In this document: piece after piece, positions 41,151 through 55,220 of the stretch
Position numbering within the stretch: the stretch's first letter is position 1
Layout: every line of letters starts with the position of its first letter
Source: Eledone cirrhosa
Taxonomy: Eukaryota
DNA length: 64,000 nt
Direction: 5' to 3'
Assembly: GCA_964016885.1 (NCBI GenBank)
Contig: OZ024744.1
Location: 120,714,001 to 120,778,000, forward strand
Position numbers and translations under genes: made by a program
The notes under the pieces: model-generated
Databases searched by the model: none
Told to the model about the DNA's origin: nothing
The model's input: the letters and a program-made list of their open reading frames with translations, nothing else

Positions 41151-44100
41151 GAGCTGTGATCTCTCAATTCAGAGATTCTTTCCTGAGACATTCTAACCAC
41201 ATGTCATAGTATCAGAGCTGTGAACTCTCAATTCAGAGATTATTTCCTGATACATTCTAACCACATGTCATAGTATCAGAGCTGTGATCTCTCAAGTCAG
41301 AGATTCTTTCCTGAGACATTCTAACCACGTCATAGTATCAGAGCTGTGATATCTCAATTCAGAGATTCTTTCATGAGACATTCTAACCACATGTCATAGT
41401 ATCAGAGCTGTGATCTCTCAATTTAGAAATTCTTTCCTGAGACATTCTAACCACATGTCATAGTATCAGAGCTGTGAACTCTCAATTCAGAGATTCTTTC
41501 CTGATACATTCTAACCACATGTCATAGTATTAGAGCTGTGATCTCTCAATTCAGAGATTCTTTCCTGAGACATTCTAACCACGTCATAGTATCAGAGCTG
41601 TGATATCTCAATTCAGAGATTCTTTCATGAGACCTTCTAACCACATGTCATAGTTTTAGATCTGTGATCTCTCAATTCAGAGATTCTTTCCTGGGATATT
41701 CTAACCACATGTCATAGTATCAGAGCTGTGATCTCTCAATTCAGAGATTCTTTCCTGAGACATTCTAACCACATCTCATAGTCTAAGAGCTGTGATATCT
41801 CAATTCAGAGATTCTTTCCTGAGACATTCTAACCGCATGTCATAGAATCAGAGCTGTGATCTCTCAATTCAGAGATTCTTTCCTGAGACGTTCTAATCAC
41901 ATGTCATAGTATTAGAGCTGTAATCTCTCAATTCAGAGATTGTTTCCTGAGAAATTCTAACCTCATGTCTGTAGTATCAGAGCTGTGATCTCTCAATTCA
42001 GAGAATCTTTCCTGAGACATTCTAACTCCATGTCCACAGTATCAGAGCTGTGATCTCTCAATTCAGAGATTCTTTCCTGAGACATTCTAACCACATGTCA
42101 TAGTATCAGTGCTGTGATCTCTCAATATAGAGATTCTTTCCTGAGATATTCTAACCACATGTCATAGTATCAGAGCTGTGATCTCTCAATTCAGAGATTC
42201 TTTCCTGCGATATTCTAAGCACATGTCATAGTATCAGAGCTGTGATTTCTCAATTCAGATATTCTTTCCTGAGACATTCTAACCACATGTCATAGGATCA
42301 GAGTTGTGATCTCTCAATTCAGAGATTCTTTCCTGAGATATTCTAACCACATGTCATAGCATCAGCGCTGTGATCTCTCAATTCAGAGATTCTTTCATGA
42401 GACATTCTAACCACATGTCATAGTATTAGAGCTGTGATCTCTCAATTCAGAGATTCTTTCCTGAGACATTCTTACCACATGTCATAGTATCAGAGCTGTG
42501 ATCTCTCAATTCAGAGATTCTTTCCTGAGACATTCTAACCACGTCATAGTATCAGAGCTGTGATATCTCAATTCAGAGATTCTTTCATGAGACATTCTAA
42601 CCACATGTCATAGTATCAGAGCTGTGATCTCTCAATTCAGAGATTCTTTTCTGAGACATTCTAACCACATGTCATAGAATCAGAGCTGTGATCTCTCAAT
42701 TCAGAGATTCTTTCCTGAGAACTTCTAACCACATGTCTGTAGTATCAGAGCTGTGATCTCTCAATTCAGAGATTCTTTCCTGAGACATTCTAACCACATG
42801 TCATAGTAGCAGATCTGTGATGTCTCAATTCAGAGATTCTTTCCTGGGATATTCTAACCACATGTCATAGTATCAGAGCTGTGATCTCTCAATTCAGAGA
42901 TTCTTTCCTGAGACATTCTAACCACATCTCATAGTATCAGAGCTGTGATATCTCAATTCAGAGATTCTTTCCTGAGACATTCTAACCACATGTCATTGAA
43001 TCAGAGCTGTGATCTCTCAATTCAGAGATTCTTTCCTGAGAAATTCTAACCTCATGTCTGTAGTATCAGAGCTGTAATCTCTCAATTCAGAGAATCTTTC
43101 CTGAGACATTCTAACTCCATGTCCACAGTATCAGAGCTGTGATCTCTCAATTCAGAGATTCTTTCCTGAGACATTCTAACCACATGTCATAGTATCAGAA
43201 CTGTGATCTCTCAATTCAGAAATTCTTTCCTGAGACATTCTAACCACATGTCATATTATCAGAGCTGTGAACTCTCAATTCAGAGATTCTTTCCTGATAC
43301 ATTCTAACCACATGTCATAGTATTAGAGCTGTGATCTCTCAATTCAGAGATTCTTTCCTGAGACATTCTAACCACGTCATAGTATCAGAGCTGTGATCTC
43401 TCAATTCAGAGATTCTTTCATGAGACATTCTAACCACATGTCATAGTATCAGAGCTCTGATCTCTCAATTCAGAGATTCTTTCCTGAGACATTCTAACCA
43501 CATGTCATAGTATCAGATCTGTGATCTCTCAATTCAGAGATTCTTTCCTGGGATATTCTAACCACATGTCATAGTATCAGAGCTGTGATCTCTCAATTCA
43601 GAGATTCTTTCCTGAGACATTCTAACCACATCTCATAGTCTAAGGCTGTGATATCTCAATTCAGAGATTCTTTCCTGAGACATTCTTACCACATGTCATA
43701 GTATCAGAGCTGTGATCTCTCAATTTAGAGATTCTTTCCTGAGACATTCTAACCACATGTCATAGTATTAGAGCTGTGATATCTCAATTCAGAGATTCTT
43801 TCCTGAGATATTCTAACCACATGTCATAGTATCAGAGCTGTGATCTCTCAATTCAGAGATTCTTTCCTGAGACATTCTAACCACATGTCATAGTATTAGA
43901 GCTGTGATCTCTCAATTCAGAGATTCTTTCCTGAGAAATTCTAACCTCATGTCTGTAGTATCAGAACTGTGATCTCTCAATTCAGAGAATCTTTCCTGAG
44001 ACATTCTAACTCCATGTCCACAGTATCAGAGCTGTGATCTCTCAATTCAGAGATTCTTTCCTGAGACATTCTAACCACATGTCATAGTATCAGTGCTGTC

Positions 44101-46189
44101 ATCTCTCAATATAGAGATTCTTTCCTGAGATATTCTAACCACATGTCATAGTATCAGAGCTGTGATCTCTCAATTCAGAGATTCTTTCCTGGGATATTCT
44201 AACCACATGTCATAGTATCAGAGCTGTGATCTCTCAATTCAGATATTCTTTCCTGAGACATTCTAACCACATGTCAAAGGATCAGAACTGTGATCCCTCA
44301 ATTCAGAGATTCTTTCCTGAGATATTCTAACCACATGTCATAGTATCAGAGCTGTGATCTCTCAATTCAGAGATTCTTTCCTGAGACATTCTAACCACAT
44401 GTAATAGTATTAGAGCTGTGATCTCTCAACTTAGAGATTCTCTCCTGAGACATTCTAACCACATGTATCAGAGACATTCTTAATAGTGATCTCTCAATTC
44501 AGAGATTCTTTCCTGAGACATTCTTACCACATGTCATAGTATCAGAGCTGTGATCTCTCAATTTAGAGATTCTTTCCTGAGACATTCTAACCACATGTCA
44601 TAGTATTAGAGCTGTGATATCTCAATTCACAGATTCTTTCCTGAGATATTCTAACCCCATGTCATAGTATCAGAGTCGTGATCTCTCAATTCAGAGATTC
44701 TTTCCTGAGACATTCTAACCACATGTCATAGTATCAGAGCTGTGATATCTCAATTCAGAATTTCTTTCCTGATATATTCTAACCACATGTCATAGTATCA
44801 GAGCTGTGATCTCGCAATTCAGAGATTCTTTCCTGAGAACTTCTAACCACATGTCATATTATCAGAGCTGTGATCTCTCAATTCAGAAATTCTTTCCTGA
44901 GACATTCTAACCACATGTCATAGTATCAGAACTGTGATCTCTCAATTCAGAAATTCTTTCCTGAGACATTCTAACCACATGTCATAGTATCAGAGCTGTG
45001 ATCTCTCAATTCAGAGATTCTTTCATGAGACATTCTAACCACATGTCATAGTATCAGAGCTGTGATCTCTCAATTTAGATATTCTTTCCTGAGATATTCT
45101 AACCACATGTCATAGTATTAGAGCTGTGATCTCTCAATTCAGAGATTTTTTCCTGAGACATTCTAACCACATGTCATAGTATCAGAGCTGTGATCTCTCA
45201 ATTCAGAGATTCTGTCCTGAGACATTCTAACTATATGTCATAGTATCAGAACTGTGATCTCTCAATTCAGAAATTCTTTCCTGAGACTTTCTAACCACAT
45301 GTCATAGTATCAGAGCTGTGAACTCTCAATTCAGAGATTCTTTCCTGATACATTCTAACCACATGTCATAGTATCAGAGCTGTGATCTCTCAATTCAGAG
45401 ATTCTTTCCTGAGACATTCTAACCACATCTCATTGTATCGGAGCTGTGATCTCTCAATTCAGAGATTCTTTCCTGAGGCATTCTAACCACATGTCATAGT
45501 ATCAGAGCTGTGATCTCTCAATTCAGAGATTCTTTCCTGAGAAATTCTAACCTCATGTCTGTAGTATCAGAGCTGTGATCTCTCAATTCAGAGATTCTTT
45601 CCTGAGACATTCAAACCACATGTCATAGTATCAGAGCTGTGATCTCTCAATTTAGATATTCTTTCCTGAAATATTCTAACCACATGTCATAGTATTAGAG
45701 CTGTGATCTCTCAATTCAGAGATTCTTTCCTGAGACATTCTAACCCCTTGTCTGTAGTATCAGAGCTGTATGCTCTCAATTCAGAGATTCTTTCCTGAGA
45801 CTTTCTAACCACATGTCATTGTATCGGAGCTGTGATCTCTCAATTCAGAGATTCTTTCCTGAGACATTCTAACCACATGTCATAGTATCAGAGCTGTGAT
45901 ATCTCAATTCAGAGATTCTTTCCTCAGACATTCTAAGCACATGTCATAGTATCAGACCTGTGATCTCTCAATTCAGAGATTCTTTCCTGAGAAATTCTAA
46001 CCTCATGTCTGTAGTATCAGAGCTGTGATCTCTCAATTCAGAGATTCTTTCCTGAGACATTCTAACTCCATGTCCACAGTATCAGAGCTGTGATCTCTCA
46101 ATTCAGAGATTCTTTCCTGAGATATTCTAACAACATGTCATAATATCAGAGCTATGATCTCTCAATTCAGAGATTCTTTCCTGAGACAT

Positions 46190-49100
46190 TCTAACCACAT
46201 GTCTGTAGTATCAGAGCTGTGATGTCTCAATTCAGAGATTCTTTCCTGATACATTCTAACCACATGTCATAGTATCAGAGCTGTGATCTCTCAATTCAGA
46301 GATTCTTTACTGAGACATTCTAACCATGTCATAGTATCAGAGCTGTGATATCTCAATTCAAAGATTCTTTCCTGAGACATTCTAACCACATGTCATAGTA
46401 TCAGAGCTGTGATTTCTCAATTTAGATATTCTTTCCTGAGATATTCTAACCACATGTCATAATATTAGAGCTGTGATATCTCAATTCAGAGATTCTTTCC
46501 TGAGATATTCTAACCACATGTCATAGTATCAGAGCTGTGATCTCTCAATTCAGAGATTCTTTCTTGAGACATTCTTACTCCATGTCCACAGTATCAGAGC
46601 TGTGAACTCTCAATTCAGAGATTCTTTCCTGAGACATTCTAACCACATGTCATAGAATCAGAGCTGTGATCTCTCAATTCAGAGATTCTTTCCTGAGAAC
46701 TTCTAACCACATGTCTGTAGTATCAGAGCTGTGATCTCTCAAGTCAGAGATTCTTTCCTGAGACATTCTAACCACATGTCATAGTAGCAGATCTGTGATG
46801 TCTCAATTCAGAGATTCTTTCCTGGGATATTCTAACCACATGTCATAGTATCAGAGCTGTGATCTCTCAATTCAGAGATTCTTTCCTGAGACATTCTAAC
46901 CACATCTCATAGTATCAGAGCTGTGATATCTCAATTCAGAGATACTTTCCTGAGACATTCTAACCACATGTCATTGAATCAGAGCTGTGATCTCTCAATT
47001 CAGAGATTCTTTCCTGAGACATTCTAACCACATGTCATAGTATTAGAGCTGTGATCTCTCAATTCAGAGATTCTTTCCTGAGAAATTCTAACCTCATGTC
47101 TGTAGTATCAGAGCTGTAATCTCTCAATTCAGAGAATCTTTCCTGAGACATTCTAACTCCATGTCCACATTATCAGAGCTGTGATCTCTCAATTCAGAGA
47201 TTCTTTCCTGAGACATTCTAACCACATGTCATAGTATCAGTGTTGTGATCTCTCAATATAGAGATTCTTTCCTGAGATATTCTAACCACATGTCATAGTA
47301 TCAGAGCTGTGATCTCTCAATTCAGAGATTCTTTCCTAGGATATTCTAACCACATGTCATAGTATCAGAGCTGTGATCTCTCAATTCAGATATTCTTTCC
47401 TGAGACATTCTAACCACATGTCATAGGATCAGAGTTGTGATCTCTCAATTCAGAGATTCTTTCATGAGATATTCTAACCACATGTCATAGTATCGGATCT
47501 GTGATCTCTCAATTCAGAGATTCTTTCCTGAGACATTCTAACCACATGTCATATTATTAGAGCTGTGATCTCTCAATTCAGAGATTCTTTCCTGAGACAT
47601 TCTTACCACATGTCATAGTATCAGAGCTGTGATCTCTCAATTTAGAGATTCTTTCCTGAGACATTCTAACCACATGTCATAGTATCAGAGCTGTGATCTC
47701 TCAATTCAGAGATTCTTTCCTGAGACAATCTCACCACATGTCATAGTATCAGAGCTGTGATATTTCAATTCAGAGATTCTTTCCTGATATATTCTAACCA
47801 CATGTCACAGTATCAGAGCTGTGATCTCTCAATTCAGAGATTCTTTCCTGAGAACTTCTAACCACATGTCTGTAGTATCAGAGCTGTGATCTCTCAATTC
47901 AGAGATTCTTTCCTGAGATATTCTAACCATATGTCATAGTATCAGAGCTGTGATCTCTCAATTCAGAGATTCTTTCCTGAGACATTCAAACCACATGTCA
48001 TAGTATCAGAGCTGTGAACTCTCAATTCAGAGATTCTTTCCTGATACATTCTAACCACATGTCATAGTATCAGAGCTGTGATTTCTCAATTCAGAGATTC
48101 TTTCCTGAGACATTCTAAACACGTCATAGTATCAGAGCTGTAATATCTCAATTCAGAGATTCTTTCATGAGACATTCTAACCACATGTCATAGTATCAGA
48201 ACTGTGATCTCTCAATTTAGATATTCTTTCCTGAGATATTCTAACCACATGTCATTGTATTAGAGCTGTGATCTCTCAATTCAGAGATTCTTTCCTGAGA
48301 CATTCTAACCACATGTCATAGTATAAGAGCTGTGATCTCTCAATTCAGAGATTCTTTCCTGAGACATTCTAACCACATGTCATAGTATCAGAACTGTGAT
48401 CTCTCAATTCAGAAATTCTTTCCTGAGACATTCTAACCACATGTCATAGTATCAGAGCTGTGAACTCTCAATTCAGAGATTTTTTCCTGAGACATTCTAA
48501 CCACATGTCATAGTATCAGAGCTGTGATCTCTCAATTCAGAGATTCTTTCCTGAGACATTCTAACTATATGTCATAGTATCAGAACTGTGATCTCTCAAT
48601 TCAGAAATTCTTTCCTGAGACTTTCTAACCACATGTCATAGTATCAGAGCTGTGATCTCTCAATTCAGAGATTCTTTCCTGAGACATTCTAACCACGTCA
48701 TAGTATCAGAGCTGTGATATCTCAATTCAGAGATTCTTTCATGAGACATTCTAACCACATGTCATAGTATCAGAGCTGTGATCTCTCAATTCAGAGATTC
48801 TTTCCTGAGAACTTCTAACCACATGTCTGTAGTATCAGAGCTGTGATCTCTCAATTCAGAGATTCTTTCCTGAGATATTCTAACCACATGTCATAATATC
48901 AGAGCTGTGATCTCTCAATTCAGAGATTCTTTCCTGAGACATTCTAACCACATGTCATAGTATCAGAGCTGTGATCTCTCAATTCAGAGATTCTTTCCTG
49001 AGAAATTCTAACCTCATGTCTGTAGTATCAGAGCTGTGATCTCTCAATTCAGAGATTCTTTCCTGAGACATTCTAACCACATGTCATAGTATCAGAGCTG

Positions 49101-51490
49101 TGATCTTTCAATTTAGATATTCTTTCCTGAAATATTCTAACCACATGTCATAGTATTAGAGCTGTGATCTCTCAATTCAGAGATTCTTTCCTGAGACATT
49201 CTAACCACATGTCTGTAGTATCAGAGCTGTGATGTCTCAATTCAGAGATTCTTTCCTGATACATTCTAACCACATGTCATAGTATCAGAGCTGTGATCTC
49301 TCAATTCAGAGATTCTTTACTGTGACATTCTAACCATGTCATAGTATCAGAGCTGTGATATCTCAATTCAAAGATTCTTTCCTGAGACATTCTAACCACA
49401 TGTCATAGTATCAGAGCTGTGATTTCTCAATTTAGATATTCTTTCCTGAGATATTCTAACCACATGTCATAATATTAGAGCTGTGATATCTCAATTCAGA
49501 GATTCTTTCCTGAGATATTCTAACCACATGTCATAGTATCAGAGCTGTGATCTCTCAATTCAGAGATTCTTTCTTGAGACATTCTAACTCCATGTCCACA
49601 GTATCAGAGCTGTGAACTCTCAATTCAGAGATTCTTTCCTGAGACATTCTAACCACATGTCATAGAATCAGAGCTGTGATCTCTCAATTCAGAGATTCTT
49701 TCCTGAGAACTTCTAACCACATGTCTGTAGTATCAGAGCTGTGATCTCTCAATTCAGAGATTCTTTCCTGAGACATTCTAACCACATGTCATAGTAGCAG
49801 ATCTGTGATGTCTCAATTCAGAGATTCTTTCCTGGGATATTCTAACCACGTGTCATAGTATCAGAGCTGTGATCTCTCAATTCAGAGATTCTTTCCTGAG
49901 ACATTCTAACCACATCTCATAGTATCAGAGCTGTGATATCTCAATTCAGAGATTCTTTCCTGAGACATTCTAACCACATGTCATTGAATCAGAGCTGTGA
50001 TCTCTCAATTCAGAGATTCTTTCCTGAGACATTCTAACCACATGTCATAGTATTAGAGCTGTGATCTCTCAATTCAGAGATTCTTTCCTGAGAAATTCTA
50101 ACCTCATGTCTGTAGTATCAGAGCTGTAATCTCTCAATTCAGAGAATCTTTCCTGAGACATTCTAACTCCATGTCCACAGTATCAGAGCTGTGATCTCTC
50201 AATTCAGAGATTCTTTCCTGAGACATTCTAACCACATGTCATAGTATCAGTGCTGTGATCTCTCAATATAGAGATTCTTTCCTGAGATATTCTAACCACA
50301 TGTCATAGTATCAGAGCTGTGATCTCTCAATTCAGAGATTCTTTCCTAGGATATTCTAACCACATGTCATAGTATCAGAGCTGTGATCTCTCAATTCAGA
50401 TATTCTTTCCTGAGACATTCTAACCACATGTCATAGGATCAGAGTTGTGATCTCTCAATTCAGAGATTCTTTCATGAGATATTCTAACCACATGTCATAG
50501 TATCGGAGCTGTGATCTCTCAATTCAGAGATTCTTTCCTGAGACATTCTAACCACATGTCATAGTATTAGAGCTGTGATCTCTCAATTCAGAGATTCTTT
50601 CCTGAGACATTCTTACCACATGTCATAGTATCAGAGCTGTGATCTCTCAATTTAGAGATTCTTTCCTGAGACATTCTAACCACATGTCATATTGTCAGAG
50701 CTGTGATCTCTCAATTCAGAGATTCTTTCCTGAGACATTCTCACCACATGTCATAGTATCAGAGCTGTGATATCTCAATTCAGAGATTCTTTCCTGATAT
50801 ATTCTAACCACATGTCACAGTATCAGAGCTGTGATCTCTCAATTCAGAGATTCTTTCCTGAGAACTTCTAACCACATGTCTGTAGTATCAGAGCTGTGAT
50901 CTCTCAATTCAGAGATTCTTTCCTGAGATATTCTAACCACATGTCATAGTATCAGAGCTGTGATCTCTCAATTCAGAGATTCTTTCCTGAGACATTCAAA
51001 CCACATGTCATAGTATCAGAGCTGTGAACTCTCAATTCAGAAATTCTTTCCTGAGACATTCTAACCACATGTCATAGTATCAGAAATGTGATTTCTCAAT
51101 TCAGAGATTCTTTCCTGAGACATTCTAAACACGTCATAGTATCAGAGCTGTAATATCTCAATTCAGAGATTCTTTCATGAGACATTCTAACCACATGTCA
51201 TAGTATCAGAACTGTGATCTCTCAATTTAGATATTCTTTCCTGAGATATTCTAACCACATGTCATAGTATTAGAGCTGTGATCTCTCAATTCAGAGATTC
51301 TTTCCTGAGACATTCTAACCACATGTCATAGTATCAGAGCTGTGATCTCTCAATTCAGAGATTCTTTCCTGAGACATTCTAACCACATGTCATAGTATCA
51401 GAACTGTGATCTCTCAATTCAGAAATTCTTTCCTGAGACATTCTAACCACATGTCATAGTATCAGAGCTGTGATCTCTCAATTCAGAGAT
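46190..51490. repeat. Block duplication with 3010-bp (47-monomer) period
   Basis: TAACCATGTC deletion variant at 46321/49331 and TTCATGAGAT at 47461/50471, both offset by 3010. Confidence 0.87.
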
Positions 51491-51949
51491 TCTTTCCTGA
51501 TACATTCTAACCACAAGTCATAGTATTAGAGCTGTGATCTCTCAATTCAGAGATTCTTTCCTGAGACATTCTAACCACGTCATAGTATCAGAGCTGTGAT
51601 ATCTCAATTCAGAGATTCTTTCATGAGACATTCTAACCACATGTCATAGTATCAGAGCTGTGATCTCTCAATTCAGAGATTCTTTCCTGAGAACTTCTAA
51701 CCACATGTCTGTAGTATCAGAGCTGTGATCTCTCAATTCAGAGATTATTTCCTGAGATATTCTAACCACATGTCATAGTAACAGAGCTGTGATCTCTCAA
51801 TTCAGAGATTCTTTCCTGAGACATTCTAACCACATGTCATAGTATCAGAGCTGTGAACTCTCAATTCAGAGATTATTTCCTGATACATTCTAACCACATG
51901 TCATAGTATCAGAGCTGTGATCTCTCAATTCAGAGATTCTTTCCTGAGA

Positions 51950-54900
51950 CATTCTAACCACGTCATAGTATCAGAGCTGTGATATCTCAATTCAGAGATT
52001 CTTTCATGAGACATTCTAACCACATGTCATAGTATCAGAGCTGTGATCTCTCAATTTAGATATTCTTTCCTGAGACGTTCTAACCACATGTCATAGTATC
52101 AGAGCTGTGAACTCTCAATTCAGAGATTCTTTCCTGATACATTCTAACCACATGTCATAGTATAAGAGCTGTGATCTCTCAATTCAGAGATTCTTTCCTG
52201 AGACATTCTAACCACGTCATAGTATCAGAGCTGTGATATCTCAATTCAGAGATTCTTTCATGAGACCTTCTAACCACATGTCATAGTATTAGATCTGTGA
52301 TCTCTCAATTCAGAGATTCTTTCCTGGGATATTCTAACCACATGTCATAGTATCAGAGCTGTGATCTCTCAATTCAGAGATTCTTTCCTGAGACATTCTA
52401 ACCACATCTCATAGACTAAGAGCTGTGATATCTCAATTCAGAGATTCTTTCCTGAGACATTCTAACCGCATGTCATAGAATCAGAGCTGTGATCTCTCAA
52501 TTCAGAGATTCTTTCCTGAGACGTTCTAATCACATGTCATATTATTAGAGCTGTAATCTCTCAATTCAGAGATTCTTTCCTGAGAAATTCTAACCTCATG
52601 TCTGTAGTATCAGAGCTGTGATCTCTCAATTCAGAGAATCTTTCCTGAGACATTCTAACTCCATGTCCACATTATCAGAGCTGTGATCTCTCAATTCAGA
52701 GATTCTTTCCTGAGACATTCTAACCACATGTCATAGTATCAGTGCTGTGATCTCTCAATATAGAGATTCTTTCCTGAGATATTCTAACCACATGTCATAG
52801 TATCAGAGCTGTGATCTCTCAATTCAGAGATTATTTCCTGGGATATTCTAAGCACATGTCATAGTATCAGAGCTGTGATCTCTCAATTCAGATATTCTTT
52901 CCTGAGACATTCTAACCACATGTCATAGGATCAGAGTTGTGATCTCTCAATTCAGAGATTCTTTCCTGAGATATTCTAACCACATGTCATAGTATCAGAG
53001 CTGTGATCTCTCAATTCATAGATTCTTTCCTTAGACATTCTAACCACATGTCATAGTATTAGAGCTGTGATCTCTCAATTCAGAGATTCTTTCCTGAGAC
53101 ATTCTTACCACATGTCATAGTATCAGAGCTGTGATCTCTCAATTCAGAGATTCTTTCCTGAGACATTCTAACCACGTCATAGTATCAGAGCTGTGATATC
53201 TCAATTCAGAGATTCTTTCATGAGACATTCTAACCACATGTCATAGTAGCAGATCTGTGATGTCTCAATTCAGAGATTCTTTCCTGAGACATTCTAACCA
53301 CATGTCATTGAATCAGAGCTGTGATCTCTCAATTCAGAGATTCTTTCCTGAGACATTCTAACCACATGTCATAGTATTAGAGCTGAGATCTCTCAAGTCA
53401 GAGATTCTTTCCTGAGAAATTCTAACCTCATGTCTGTAGTATCAGAGCTGTAATCTCTCAATTCAGAGAATCTTTCCTGAGACATTCTAACTCCATGTCC
53501 ACATTATCAGAGCTGTGATCTCTCAATTCAGAGATTCTTTCCTGAGACATTCTAACCACATGTCATAGTATCAGTGCTGTGATCTCTCAATATAGAGATT
53601 CTTTCCTGAGATATTCTAACCACATGTCATAGTATCAGAGCTGTGATGTCTCAATTCAGAGATTCTTTCCTAGGATATTCTAACCACATGTCATAGTATC
53701 AGAGCTGTGATCTCTCAATTCAGATATTCTTTCCTGAGACATTCTAACCACATGTCATAGGATCAGAGTTGTGATCTCTCAATTCAGAAATTCTTTCCTG
53801 AGATATTCTAACCACATGTCATAGTATCAGAGCTGTGATCTCTCAATTCAGAGATTCTTTCCTGAGACATTCTAACCACATGTCATATTATTAGAGCTGT
53901 GATCTCTCAATTCAGAGATTCTTTCCTGAGACATTCTAACCACGTCATAGTATCAGAGCTGTGATGTCTCAATTCAGAGATTCTTTCATGAGACATTCTA
54001 ACCACATGTCATAGTATCAGAGCTGTGATCTCTCAATTTAGATATTCTTTCCTGAGACGTTCTAACCACATGTCATAGTATCAGAGCTGTGAACTCTCAA
54101 TTCAGAGATTCTTTCCTGATACATTCTAACCACATGTCATAGTATAAGAGCTGTGATCTCTCAATTCAGAGATTCTTTCCTGAGACATTCTAACCACGTC
54201 ATAGTATCAGAGCTGTGATATCTCAATTCAGAGATTCTTTCATGAGACCTTCTAACCACATGTCATAGTATTAGATCTGTGATCTCTCAATTCAGAGATT
54301 CTTTCCTGGGATATTCTAACCACATGTCATAGTATCAGAGCTGTGATCTCTCAATTCAGAGATTCTTTCCTGAGACATTCTAACCACATCTCACAGTCTA
54401 AGAGCTGTGATATCTCAATTCAGAGATTCTTTCCTGAGACATTCTAACCGCATGTCATAGAATCAGAGCTGTGATCTCTCAATTCAGAGATTCTTTCCTG
54501 AGACGTTCTAATCACATGTCATAGTATTAGAGCTGTAATCTCTCAATTCAGAGATTCTTTCCTGAGAAATTCTAACCTCATGTCTGTAGTATCAGAGCTG
54601 TGATCTCTCAATTCAGAGAATCTTTCCTGAGACATTCTAACTCCATGTCCACAGTATCAGAGCTGTGATCTCTCAATTCAGAGATTCTTTCCTGAGACAT
54701 TCTAACCACATGTCATAGTATCAGTGCTGTGATCTCTCAATATAGAGATTCTTTCCTGAGATATTCTAACCACATGTCATAGTATCAGAGCTGTGATCTC
54801 TCAATTCAGAGATTATTTCCTGGGATATTCTAAGCACATGTCATAGTATCAGAGCTGTGATCTCTCAATTCAGATATTCTTTCCTGAGACATTCTAACCA

Positions 54901-55220
54901 CATGTCATAGGATCAGAGTTGTGATCTCTCAATTCAGAGATTCTTTCCTGAGATATTCTAACCACATGTCATAGTATCAGAGCTGTGATCTCTCAATTCT
55001 GAGATTCTTTCCTGAGACATTCTAACCACATGTCATAGTATTAGAGCTGTGATCTCTCAATTCAGAGATTCTTTCCTGAGACATTCTTACCACATGTCAT
55101 AGTATCAGAGCTGTGATCTCTCAATTCAGAGATTCTTTCCTTAGACATTCTAACCACGTCATAGTATCAGAGCTGTGATATCTCAATTCAGAGATTCTTT
55201 CATGAGACATTCTAACCACA
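51950..55220. repeat. Block duplication with 1982-bp (31-monomer) period
   Basis: TGAGACGTTCTAACC at 52071/54053 and TTATTTCCTGGG at 52831/54813, both offset by 1982. Confidence 0.85.
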
